Shown here piece by piece: positions 12,630 to 34,129 of a stretch of DNA of 64,000 bases. The first letter of the stretch is position 1; the number at the start of each line of letters is the position of its first letter. The DNA comes from Lingula anatina (Eukaryota; Animalia; Brachiopoda): the NCBI GenBank assembly GCA_051362555.1, contig CM120640.1, forward strand, positions 11,780,001 to 11,844,000. Reading direction: 5' to 3'. The notes below the pieces were generated by a model, which was not told the origin of the DNA, did no database searches, and worked only from the letters and a program-made list of their open reading frames with translations. A program made the translations under genes and the position numbers.

Positions 12630-14575
12630 GTACTCTCCACTGACACATCATGTGGACTATGACAATGAACAATACTTGGTCCAGTTTCGACAAGGTGATG
12701 ACGAATCACTCCTGCGGCCAACCCAACCTGTCTTTCCGTCATCTGTGAGTTGTTAAAATACATGTAGGTATGTTGATTAGGTGAACTCGAAGAGAGTGTG
12801 GAAAGGAGTAAGGCAAAGAGGCCAAAATAGGTCAGTGATGTAAATCATTGTGTGTGTGTGATGATAAACACTGTCATTCTCGTAAGTGAGAGGTATTACA
12901 GAAACGTTTTTTCTTTTTTTTTTTTCTCAGTTTACACATTCGATGCGCGGTTTTGCTGGTCTTTGTGATTGTGGTGGCAGTGGTGAGATTAAGTGCTCTT
13001 TGCTACTGGTGCCATACCAATTGGTAGCACGTCAAAAGGCAGTGTTTCTGCCTCCAAAGGTAGAACTACTGCTACTGCTCTAAACACAACCGATGTCTCA
13101 GCAGTACCTCCGCGGATGCTGGAGAATGCTCAAATGTGGGGACGTAATAGTTTCAAGTAATTTACGTCTGCATGCTGTTCTATATAGCTTGTGACTTGTG
13201 CAGTAGTCAGATTTGTTTTCTATGTTCATTTCTTTGACAATAAATAACAGGATAACTTCAAATGTTAACTGTAGCTTAGACAAAGTGATCCGGATGTTCA
13301 GTTGTATGTGTAAATATAATTGTTAATTTTGCCAATTTAACAGTGCATTTTCTTTACTTGTCTGCCCACTACTTGTCATTTATCCATTTTTCCAGAGAAT
13401 TTCTTGCCCAGTGTGGCTCAAAAGTGGTTGCGGCCACCGCATCATTGCTATGTATAGGAGTACACAATGCGCACAGTATGTGTGTCGGAGGAGGTTTCTT
13501 CATGACAGTTTATAACAGGCTAGAAATACTAACATGCTTTAGAAAAAAGTTTAAACAGTGTTATAGAAATCTTTTAAAGCAATATTTGAACTACACGTAT
13601 ATTGCATTAGAAATCTTTTTTAAAACAGAGTGTGAAACTGCACGGATAAAAGAATCTGTTAATGATCTTTAGCATCCTTATCAACAACACATAGCCTACT
13701 GGCCATTTAGAAAGTCAATTGTTTTAGGATGTATTTCATTGTATCTTAAAAGAAAAAGTCACTGAAGTCATAGTGTTAACATACATTCAAATTAAAGCAC
13801 TCTGTACCTTTTTGGTTGTTTGCCTGCATGAGAAAATATACAGTCAATAATATTCATTGTTATAAGGGCCAACAAAACAGCATATACAACTGATGCAAGA
13901 AAACAAGCACCGGCTGCCGCTTATGAGACCATGTTCACCAACAACCCTAGCAAAACCGCATCTACTATGGGTAAGGCTGTAAAGTACTAGTAAAATAATG
14001 TGGATGTACATAATGCCATGGTGTACGCGATAACTTCTGATTCTCCAGATATGTGACAGAAATCTTGCTACACCTTAAGTTGTCTTCAAACACGGACGTC
14101 AGGTTTGCAGTATCATGAGTGTCGGGGCTGGTGTGTCTCTGTATGTTATGTCAGAGGATTCGACGGTATTCTCTTAATTGATTATTTTCTTTATAGGGGG
14201 ACTGACCGTTGTTGTGCCAGGAGAAAAAAGAGGCTACTTGTTGACCCACCAACGTTTTGGTAAACTACCATGGAGAGAGCTGCTCGTGCCTACCATAAAA
14301 ATGTGTAGAGCAGGGATAAAAGTCGGGAATTCCTTGGAAAGAGCCTTTTGAGTGAAAGAAAGGAAAATCCTTAAGTACAGATCTCTCAGGTGAAAAACAT
14401 GACCTCCCTTGGGTTCAGAGACCTCATCTGCAGTGTTATCACAGACAACATAACTCATGGTACAGCATATTATGGACCAACATTTTACAACAGAATGACC
14501 GAGGGTACCTGTCAGTTTTGGCGGAAAAAGGGGGGTGCTGTTTCGGCTACCAGTACCATTAATTTATAGTATGTA
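12630..14575 (+). pseudogene. GGT: GGT pseudogene (copy 1)
   Basis: Degenerate homologues of the exons of the intact copies at ~12630-12768, 12931-13143, 13395-13518, 13867-13971, 14197-14389 and 14390-14567. Frameshifts and internal deletions, donor of the 13395 exon mutated (ag|gc), 7-nt deletion right after the catalytic Thr codon, exons 10-12 absent. Confidence 0.88.
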
Positions 14576-14835
14576 TATAAATGTTGTCAAGAGAAAACCC
14601 TTATCCAGCGGAAATCGGAATAAATGTAATTCCCCGTCTCCATCGAAACGCATCGATGCATATTTAGTAGCGTGTATTAGATCATCTATTTGAATGTTGG
14701 ATGCCAATACTGTATATCTGCAACAGGGTTATGCTGACGAACGATATGACACAACATGAAGTCGTTTGATGTTAAAACTGATCAGACCTCGATCTTGAAT
14801 CGGCGGTTAAACAGCGACGACATGAAATTGACTGG

Positions 14836-15040
14836 GTTCCATCTAGATCGACTTAGCACCCTTGGGGTTCACGCTAAATTGCTGTCAGCTTACGAGAGCC
14901 GAGCGAGCACATAGGGTAATTACCCTCTTACAGCTTTTAGTAGGCCTATGCAGGACAGACATTTAAGCCGGTCAGGCTGACAGCAATCTAGTGAGACTCC
15001 CCAGGGGGATAGATCGATCTAAATATCTGTGAGAATGGGA
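14836..15040. mobile_element. ~200-bp foldback MITE family, copy 1 of 3
   Basis: Ends ttccatctagatcgac / tagatcgatctaaatatctgtgagaatgg. Homologous, in inverted orientation, to 27203-27377 and 32537-32748. Confidence 0.65.
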
Positions 15041-15354
15041 TCTTATGCGCACAATTTCCGCTTAGAATATACATCGTATTTTGCTTTATATTCTTTAAGT
15101 TTGGAAACCGTAACATTAAACACATATATAAATTATCAGAGAAGAATACACTAAACTTCACGGAGAAAGGACGCTACGAAGACAGAGGCAATGGCGACGG
15201 GTTTTACTCGCCGCAAATAATAGCCTCGAAACTAACTGGTGATTTCGCTATTAGCGCACGGTCGCGATTTGCGGAGCTTTCGAGATATGGGATAGCGAGG
15301 AATCGCCATGCTTGCGCCCGCTCGCCATAAGCGAAGTTTTCGAGATACGGGCCC

Positions 15355-15689
15355 CTGTTGGTGCAACCGGGCCCAGTATCGTGAACGTGCAGATATATGT
15401 CCGGTGCTCATCTCTTTCTGTTGACAAGTGCCATATGTGGTGATTTATATTTATTAGTCTTTTGCTTACATTCTTTGCAAAAGACTAATAAATATAAATG
15501 TCAGAAACAGTGGTATAGGGCATATATGTATATAGATATAAGACATGTTAGGTTGACTTAGTAAATGGCAAGTCATTGGGTTGGGGAGTTAGATGAAGAG
15601 AGCAGTGTCATAAAGGCCCTTTACCACCATGGAGGAATCGCTGCAAAACACAGTGCATGACTATAGGAGTAGGGGTCAAGTCGAGGGAA

Positions 15690-15692
<3 letters not shown>
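15355..15692 (+). pseudogene. Orphan duplicate of the GGT promoter/first-exon block, truncated by (TA)n
   Basis: Aligns with 17210-17540, including ccATGgaggaatcgctgcaaaacac. It breaks off at gagggaaaga into (TA)n 15692-15747, before the splice donor. Confidence 0.8.
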
Positions 15693-15750
<58 letters not shown>

Positions 15751-15953
15751 GTTATATATATAGTGATTACTAAACACATTATATATGTAGCCTTCTTATC
15801 GTAAAGTTTTTGTTTGTTAAAATAAGAGGAAGAAATTGTGATATATATATAGGCCTACATAATTAGTTTTCTAAAAACCAAGCTATACAGACGGAAGCTT
15901 TGTGTAAGAAACAAACAGATAACAACCTACATTTTCTACGTTAACTACGATAA

Positions 15954-16962
15954 GGCCACACTTTTTTAATTTTATGGATGACATCCTGCGCCCGCACGGA
16001 TTTTCGCCCGTTCTCCAAAAAAAAAAAAAAAAAAAAAGCCCCCCCCCAGCCCCCAACAAAGTCGGTTGTCGCAAACGTTGTTATTGAATTTGCAAGGAAA
16101 TGAGCTTTCTGCGCATGCGTATTTTCTCCACTTGGAAATGCGGCCACTTTGCTGTCAAATTCATCTCTAGGATTACTTTCAAATTACACAAAAATAAAAG
16201 TCATAAAGAGAACGGGCACCATTGTTTTGGATTGGTATGCCATTGATATTGGGCATGGAGATATCACCTTTTTACAATTGTGCGAAAGGCTGGCGTCGGC
16301 CGAAACATTTCTGTGACATTCTGTATAAAGCAGCACATTAATACCAGGTTTTCTGTAGCGAAAAAAGGATCGACAAGGGCGTCGAGGTATTTGGTGGGCT
16401 GAAGGTCGGACAGGCCACCTGACAGTTTAGCTGCCTCGTGTGAGTTGAAGTTGACAAAATGGCATCGTCTGAAATGACCTTTAATAGATTTGGTAGCATT
16501 AAGCATATCTTTGCATCATTTTTTAAACATTTCTGTGAAGTGTTCAAAATGCTTTAATATTCTGAGAATACAAATAAAGACACGCTGTTTGATTGATATT
16601 TGTTTTATTGATTGCTATACCAAATGAATGCATGAAATAACCTTAAATAGATTTGGTAATATGAAGTATATCAATTCATGACTTTTTTTTACATTTCTAC
16701 GAAGTATTCACAATGCTTTTTAAAGCATTATTAAAATATTAAATATGAATATTAAAATATTCTGAGAGCGTGGATAAAGACGTATTGTTAGTTTGATACG
16801 TGTTTCTGTGGTTAAATTTGTGTTTCCAGCTGTGTACTGACAGCATTCCTTTACTTAAGCAGTTTTTTTTTTTTTTTAGACTGTTTTTTTTTTTTTCGCC
16901 CTCTCGCACCGATTTTGGGGTACCCAGAGGATGTCATCCATAAAAATAAAAAAAGTGTGGCC
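15954..16962. mobile_element. Non-autonomous PIF/Harbinger-type element
   Basis: ~33-bp TIRs ggccacacttttttaattttatggatgacatcc / ggatgtcatccataaaaataaaaaaagtgtggcc, flanked by TAA (15951-53) and TAA (16963-65). Confidence 0.8.
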
Positions 16963-17476
16963 TAATTGTCATCAAACTCTCTCTGTACCAGCCTAGTCAT
17001 AGTGGAAAACAAGCTACGACCGACTTTCACCACCTTGCTGGCAGGCGTTAATTTACAACTTAGTAAATACCGACGTAAACACTGTTCCAGCAAGGAGTAT
17101 ATCTGTTATAACTCCTTGGTTCCAGCTTGGTGCAACTTGGCTTTTCTCGGGTGTGGGGTTTTGCGTCCGGTTTACGCCGGCGCAACTGCTACGCTTCACC
17201 TATTATGACCTGTTGGTGCAAAAGGCCCAGTATCGTGGACGTGCAGTTGTATGTCTGGTGCTCATCTCTTTCTGTTGACAAGTGCTATTTAAGTACACCG
17301 TGTTTGACGTGATTTACATTCATTATTCTTTTGCAAAGAATGCAAGCCAATTGAATGTCAGAAACGGTGCTATATATGTAAATAGATATAAGGGCTGTTA
17401 GGTTGACTTAACACGGCAAGTCATTGGGTTGGGGAGTTAGATGAAGAGAGCAGTGTCATAAAGGACCTTTACTACC

Positions 17477-26811
<9,335 letters not shown>

Positions 26812-28430
26812 AAACTACAGTTTTAGAAAGCGTATTACCTACCTCCGGTGTAATGATAATAGAATTTTTTTAATGAGATTATTTTATGTTCGATCTGTCC
26901 TATTGTCATTTCCCGTCAGCTATTATTGGGTTTCTTCAAAACAAGTGCTGATTAAGCTGGGCTAAAATTCACTCGACATATATGCACAATATGTATTAAT
27001 AACATATTTTACTAGGAAGAAAATTATTTAGGTCAGCAGATAAGGAGAACACCCTGACAAATACTATCTAAACTGTCTGGCGATCGTTCATCGCATAAAA
27101 TTACAAGCATTAGTACCATACAGGCTTACGTGCCCGTTTTCTATCAAGAGATGATGAGAATGAGTTTATGAATTCTCACAACAGAAAAAGAGCTTAATAT
27201 AAGGGACCATTCCCACAGATATTTGGATCGATCTATCTCCCTGGGAAGTCTCACTAAATTGCTATCAAGTAACCGGCTTAAATGTCTGTCACACGTAGTA
27301 AAGCTATTAGGGGGTAATTATCTTTACACCCTAGCTAATTCGGTAGATGGATCGATCTAGGCATGGGAACCCGGTCTAAGACATAAACCCGTCGTACTAG
27401 CTGAATTGATCTTACTCTGAAGTAGCGGGGCTCCTTGCTAAAGTGCTTTCAGTGTAATCAGCTCAATTGGCTAGCTCGCCCCCTTGAGTACCAAGGGGCT
27501 AATTGACCATCGTTTATTACCCCCTATCAGCTGGAGAAGGCGTGTCAGATATTTATGCCGCTTACACTGCATGCAAATTAGCAGGAATCCCCGCAGAGTT
27601 TGATCGGTCTAGCTAGTGCGATGGATTTATGGGAACGCTCCCTATAAAACTTTATACGGCAAAATTTTGGAAAACTGTTTAACGCTAAGACCTTTACACG
27701 TTCAAGATTTCCTTGCTTGACTGGTTGAGATTTTTGTCTAGTAGAAGGGAGGTTGAACTTGCACGACAAATACAATGTGCTCGGATATTTGACTTTTTTT
27801 TCTTATATATATTTTACCCTTATATTTTAACATTAAATATCTCTGGTTTTAAAGTTGTGAATACATGTAGATATACTTCAATATTCCAAGCATCTCTACA
27901 TTCGAAACCATTGCATTGATTTAAATTCCCACCAGTGCAAACCTGTGCAAACTGACCAAACAAGATAATGATTTTCGTACTGAAAGCATTCCGGTATGTC
28001 ATCGTGCTATAATCAACTACACCGCTTACAGGATAAAACTTGTATTACAACAAAATGCAATAAATTTTGTCAACAAGAATAAAATTTTTTTTTGTGTGGA
28101 TAATGAATTGGCATTTGTAATTTATGTACCAGAAAAAATAATGAAAGTTGTCAACTAAACCTTCTGTCAATTTTCATTTGTAAGTTAATGTTTTAGTCAG
28201 ACCTGTCTTTACAGAAAGGCTCCACTAATGATTTTCTAATGATGTATTTATTTCTTTGGTCAAAATTCAACGCACCCTCAGAATGAACTCTTGGTGATGA
28301 ATAAAGTACCATTCATTGATAAGTCATCGCAAAACGAATGGGGCTAGGTAACATATAGTTGCGCTGATTGACGAAATGGCAGCGTTTCGAAATCAAATTT
28401 TTATCTGTAGTAGTCCAACGGAATGAAACA
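26812..28430 (+). repeat. Duplicated GGT 3' UTR/flank, paralogous to 40896-42640
   Basis: Shared blocks, e.g. ttttagaaagcgtat, ttcaagatttcc..cttatattttaacatt, caataaa.tttgtcaacaa, gataagt.atc.caaaac.aatgg. Confidence 0.8.
27203..27377. mobile_element. ~200-bp foldback MITE family, copy 2 (internally shorter)
   Basis: gaccattcccacagatatttggatcgatcta ... gatcgatctaggcatgggaacccggtc. A diverged relative with its own inverted ends follows at ~27381-27631. Confidence 0.6.
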
Positions 28431-29412
28431 TTGCCCTTGTTTCATAGTCTGTAAGGTGTCCATCAATATCGTTTCAAACCATTTCCATTTTGGCGAGTCT
28501 AATTTCTGTTTGTAGACTTTGCTAAAAGAAATAATTTATAAATATTGAAGGCCGTAAACCACACTAAATATACCAAACATTCGTAAACCGTCAGTAAAAA
28601 GCACAGCTCTTTGTCTTTTCGGTACAGTTTATAACTTATAACCAATAGGAAGGTCTATAATGTCGCTAATAGGGCTTATTATACATGTACCTTAACGTTT
28701 TTGAGGGGCTTGTTTGTGCACAAGAGCTCCCTCGCGCTCTTCTAGCCTCCCTATGATAGTAACGACCAAGTTCACAAAAGAGTTGACTGTTCCTATTGGC
28801 TGGCCAACTCACCAAATTGATAAGACATGAGAGTTATAGTCTAAATGCTCAAATTATGGTACATTGGCAAGGAATATGATGTTAACGGACCCAAAAGTAA
28901 CTACATTGGGACATCTGGAGTTCATAACACTCCCAATATTTTACAATCGAAAAAAATGGAATAGCATGTTCATTGCTAAACGTATTTTCTGGTCAGACTT
29001 TTATAGACTAACAGGTCAATAGTTTATATAAGTACACTGCTATGGATTTATCTCGAACTGAAATAGAACAATTAACAGACTAAAGCTCTTTTATGAATCC
29101 AGCCACAGGCTTCCAGAGAAATACGTGTAGCATGCGAAAAATGTTCGTGAGGTTGGCCAATGAGAGCCAACACCAGGCACTGGAACGCTAAGCTGAAGTC
29201 CAAGATTATCTGAACATGCACGGTCTATACATACTCTGTCAACCTTAACCACCACCATGCAACAGTTTTAAAATACTAGAATTGATTATTTAGAAAGGCC
29301 CTCCTAGAACACCTCTTCTTCCCAGGGTGAGACAGCCAGGCGAACCACGGCTGTAATTAAAAAAATCCTACACACGAGATCCGCTAGTAGTAACCTTCTG
29401 TTTTATATTATA

Positions 29413-29545
29413 TTAAAGGGATAATAACTGTTCTTATGAGGTTTATATTTCACAATAAATACATTGTACATAAATGCAACTCATAAAAATATAACAAATT
29501 CCATTTAACCACTAAAACAGCGGTTATTGCAATTATTCTTGAATC
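29413..29545. mobile_element. Fragment related to the TTAA AGGGATAATA MITE
   Basis: ttaaagggataataact...cacaataaa.acattgt..caactcata matches one end of 20695-21016; no second terminus seen. Confidence 0.6.
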
Positions 29546-30980
29546 AGTGCGAACAGTAGTCATTTCACAAAAACTGTAGTTATTTTGATAAGAATATGAA
29601 GGATCGGTTTATTACGATTACTATTGCAAAACTTTTTAAATTATGAATCGGGCATAACTAAACCCACGTTTACTTATAGTACGTCTAGATTTGAGTGCGG
29701 AGGTGATCTGCCGCGCAGCTGGTCTGGCTGGCATCTGCCTCGTTACAAATCATGGATCTTTTTCAAGTTTTTGAGGTTCAGTCTTTCATCTAAAATTAAT
29801 ACAAAAATTGAGGCTTCTGTAGCTATCACATTAAATTGAACGGTAAACGCGAAGATATACAATGAAAAACTGTCACAAATGGAAAAATGCTTAGAAAGGT
29901 ATATTTCTCCTTTTGAGGAAGATACAGGCAGCTTCACTCTTTGTTTAAAAAGTCTGTGTCATATAGGTAATGTATGACGCAATATTTGGTAGTTCCCTTC
30001 TACTACCTGCACATTACTGGAGTTATATCAACCCAAACTGCTGCCTTATTCTCAAATTTCTGCAACGGTCCATAAATGAAAATGTATGGATCAGGATAGG
30101 TCAAATTTTTATAAATCATCTTTACACGTTACGTGTTTTCAGTCCAATTCACTGTAATTATGTCCCCAACCCCCGATGCACCGCCTACATAGTGTGCTCA
30201 TTCTGTTAGTTGAGAAAACGCTCCTGATGCAATGCATACTACCAGCATGGCTGCACCCGCACCACATAGACAACACTTAAGAAAAAAACAGGACAATAAG
30301 GAATATTAACAACATGCTGTAGGCCCGTAACATATGTGGAGTAAGAGTTTTCACTTCCTATTTTGTTTTGAGCTGCTCAACTCGCCGTTGTGTCTACGAA
30401 TGTCTTTACGAATACACAGGTAGGCACCAAACAGCAGTGCATCGGGTGCATAACATCTCAAACATAAATTACACAAATCAGTGATCGTTGTGATGGTCAA
30501 GTATGCATAAGCAAGCGACATGTGGGGATGTAAAGGAAAAATAGGCAATCAAACTACTTAAATGCGTGTCATACACATTCTTGATACAGAGCTAAAGTAG
30601 GTCGAGAGCTTTCGGTATCTCAAGCGTGGTGAATGCCAAGTCAGCAAGACTTTCCGTACGTCTCACCCACTCCTGCTTTGTACTCGTGCACTTCACGAAT
30701 CATCGCATACATATATTTATTACACATACTAATACATATTTACTAATACAAGACTTCGTGTAAGAGCTTTAGTAAGACAGGTGTGGCAGGAATGGTAGTC
30801 CACTACGAACCGTAGTCTGTTCCCCATTTTCTTTCCAATTGTATGCCTCGTTATGAAATTGGGTCACGCTGAAAGCTTTGATGTGTTGAGCTATAAATTT
30901 CCAGAAATATAATTTAAGGGTTATTGATTGGCCAAACAAAAATGTTTTCTTCATATTAAGTTTTATATTTCTAATTACCA

Positions 30981-31070
30981 TAATATAATATAATATAATA
31001 TAATATAATATAATATAATATAATATAATATAATATAATATAATATAATATAATATAATATAATATAATA
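30981..31070. repeat. (TAATA)18 microsatellite
   Basis: Perfect pentamer run ending just before ttctag|G at 31077. Confidence 0.95.
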
Positions 31071-31076
31071 TTCTAG

Positions 31077-31208
31077 GTACTCTCCACTGACACAAGGTGT
31101 GGATGATGACGATGAACAATACGTACTTCAGCTTGGACAAAGTGATGACGAATCACCCCTGCGGCCAACCCCGCCTTTCTTTCCGTCATCAGTGGGTTGT
31201 TTAAATAA
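31077..31208 (+). CDS. Candidate alternative upstream coding exon of GGT copy 3 (YSPLTQGVDDDDEQYVLQLGQSDDESPLRPTPPFFPSSVGCLN)
   Basis: Flanked by ag| and |gtatgt, 132 nt, phase 2/2, so compatible with exon 2 at 35972. Only one plus-strand frame is open. A homologue is conserved at 12630 upstream of the pseudogene. Confidence 0.55.
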
Positions 31209-31226
31209 GTATGTTGAAAAGGTGAA

Positions 31227-31453
31227 GGCTTCGTTCACATGGAAAGTCTATTTTCTAAAAATCTATTTTCTATTCTATTTTCTATCTTATGATCACGGTC
31301 TGTGCCCTGAATACCCCGCGGCTTAATTACTGGCAGCGCGAGCCAGTTACTTCCAAAGATGTAATTAATTCTCGGCTGCGCTCGGAGTGATCATAAGTTA
31401 TCGCGAATAGAAAATAGATTTTTAGAAAATAGACTTTTCATGTGAACGGAGTC
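31227..31453. mobile_element. ~227-bp foldback MITE
   Basis: ~47-bp TIRs ggcttcgttcacatggaaagtctattttctaaaaatctattttctattc / gaatagaaaatagatttttagaaaatagacttttcatgtgaacggagtc. Absent at the paralogous site ~12785. Confidence 0.8.
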
Positions 31454-32536
31454 GAGAGGAGTACGGCTAGAAAGCTAAGATTGGTCAGTGTGTGTGTATG
31501 TGTGTGTATGTGTGTGTGTGTGTGTGTGTGCGTGCGTGCGCGACCGCTCTCGCCGACACGACTGTGTGTGTGTTTGTGCAATCACCTGCGCGTTTGTGTA
31601 CTAGTATGTGTGTGATGATAAATATTACCATCATTGTTAAGTAAAATGCACCAACCAAAGCTCTTCCTTGTTAATTTCCAATTTTTTCTCTTCACACTTT
31701 AACAACCCTCGGGACATTTGGTCATCTCTCTACTCTTTCGGGACGCCTATATACTTTTAATAATCAGTGCTTTATACTCGTACTAGATGTTTATTATGAA
31801 AGCATCTTTCATCTCACGTTTTTATTATGCACTATGTACACACTTTTCTTGTTTGACATGTGAATCAGGTTATTTTGCATTTAAGTTATATATATATATG
31901 CGAATGACTTCGCATATTTCGATGACCTATCGCTTGCTGGCATCGACAGCTTTAAACCTATCAGCGCAAGGTATTTTTCACACGATCACACCCAAGCCAC
32001 TAAGCAGCTATTTTTATTTCTGGGCAGGCAACGTGCTCGGTATCCAGATAGTATCGGTATCCATTGGTCTTTGTGGACAGGAAGACAAGAATTTTCACGA
32101 AAAATATTTCAAAGATGTCAGTGACTTCTTTAATTTCAGATGATTTTCAACTGTATTTTTAACACGGTAATAACGAAATTCATCCCCCCCCCCTCTTTTT
32201 GAAAAAAATGTTACAAGATGTGAATAAAAGTATTGCACAGAAGATCCATGAAGCTGAACAGTTAGGAATCGGGTATACTATCACGTTGTTCCAAAAAATA
32301 TTCAGAATTTTGAAGAAATAAAGCTTTGCCTACCAACGACGGGAGTTTATCTAATAAAAAGGAAGCCTAGTCAAAATTTAGTTCCAACTGATAAGCTTAT
32401 ACAAATTATATTTGATAATATATGTATTTGAAATCAAAACATATTTTTTCTAATTCAACTAAAAAGCTTGTGGTATGCATCTCAATACACCATATTGGTC
32501 ATGATATAAAACACGCATATGGTACATTAACATAGG

Positions 32537-32748
32537 CTCTATTCCCATAGATTTTAGATCGATCTATCCCCGCGGGGAGTCTCACTAGATTACTGTCAGA
32601 TAATCCGACTTAAATGTCCGTCCCGCCTACTACAAGCTGTAAGGGGGTAATTAACTTTCGTGTCCGCCCGGCTGACAGCTATTTAGCGTGAACCCCCAGG
32701 GAGTTAGGTCGATCTAAAGTAGGTCGATCTAATCTATGGAAATGGGGT
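32537..32748. mobile_element. ~200-bp foldback MITE family, copy 3
   Basis: attcccatagattttagatcgatcta ... taggtcgatctaatctatggaaat; reverse complement of 14836-15040. Confidence 0.65.
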
Positions 32749-33963
32749 GATAAACTAGCCCACTTAATGGTATTGTTTAAATATGAAGTTACTTGCAGGC
32801 ACTTACACGGTATGTTTAACTACTTTACTTACAATTGTATGTGCTCGCCTACCAAAGTAAGTACGTTATTTTTTCACTAAACGGTTGATGCCTGTGTCCA
32901 GTGTCGGATCCAGAATTATTTGAAGGGGGTCCGCTGGATGTGGTATTTTAGAGGGCGAACGGTGCCATTTGGTATGGTTTAGCACCATAAATCAGCTAGT
33001 CAAAATTATAATTCCAAGAGGGAAATATAAATGTGATTTTTTCAGAAACTGAAGAGGAGGTCAGGACCCCGCTTGACGGTGACCCCCCCTCCCTTAAATC
33101 CGTCCCGTCTGTGTCAACGCTGATTGGTTGATAAGCCGCAGTGCCTCTTTCACAGAGATATAGCTATTCAAGTAGTGCAGGAAACACTTTTTAATTAACC
33201 GTGAACTCTATTAAGATGTTAGAGAAGACCATTTTGACTTTGCGATCTATGTTGAAGAACATTTTAATGCATTTAATGACACTGAAAAGTTAAATTTTTC
33301 ATGCAAAATAGTAAGATGCCATTTAAGACAGCAAAAGAGTACGAACACGCAATGATGTGGAGAAGAAGTAAATTTAATACATGAACAGACGAGAGGAATT
33401 GAAAACGTTTAATATAAAATATCCTTTTTATGTGGTTAATTGATCGGTAATTTATTTTAAATAACTTTATGAATTTTAATTGTATCTCAGGTTTAAGTCG
33501 CTCATAGTCCTTAGTAGGTTGGGTTTTATTTTAAAACGTGAGACGTAAATAAAATCATTATTATTATTATTATTACTATTATTTTAATTAATGTCAAAAC
33601 AATAAGGGTGCCTTTTCATGATCAGATGAATACTGTGTTTTCGTCTCTTCTGCTAGTCTTAACTATAACAAATAGACTTATTCGTTTGAACTCGATCATA
33701 TGCCGCCGGCAAATCAATTATTATGCATCTGTAAACGGTACAGTTAATATCTAACTTGTCCGGTGCTTATCTCTTTCTGTTGACAAGTCCTTTCCGTCGT
33801 GATTTACATTAGTCTTCTGCAAAGAATGTAAGCCAATGAAATGTCAGCAACGGTATAATATGTAAACAGATATACAAGGCCTGTTAGCTTGACTTAGTAA
33901 ACGGCAAGTCATTGGGTTGGGAGTTAGATGAAGAGAGCAGTGTCATAAAGGGCCGTTATTATC

Positions 33964-34090
33964 ATGAAGGAATCGCTGCAAAGCAGTGTGCATGACTATG
34001 GGAGTAGGGGGCAAATCGAGGGAAAGAAACACCGCAAACGTATCAGGTAATTACTTTTTATAATCAATAAAGTGGAGGATAAAGGGTAAA

Positions 34091-34129
<39 letters not shown>

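Noticed and set aside
30769-31140. 123-aa ORF with ILYYI repeats (also YIYI ORFs near 19.9 and 36.8 kb)
   Set aside because: Microsatellite translation.
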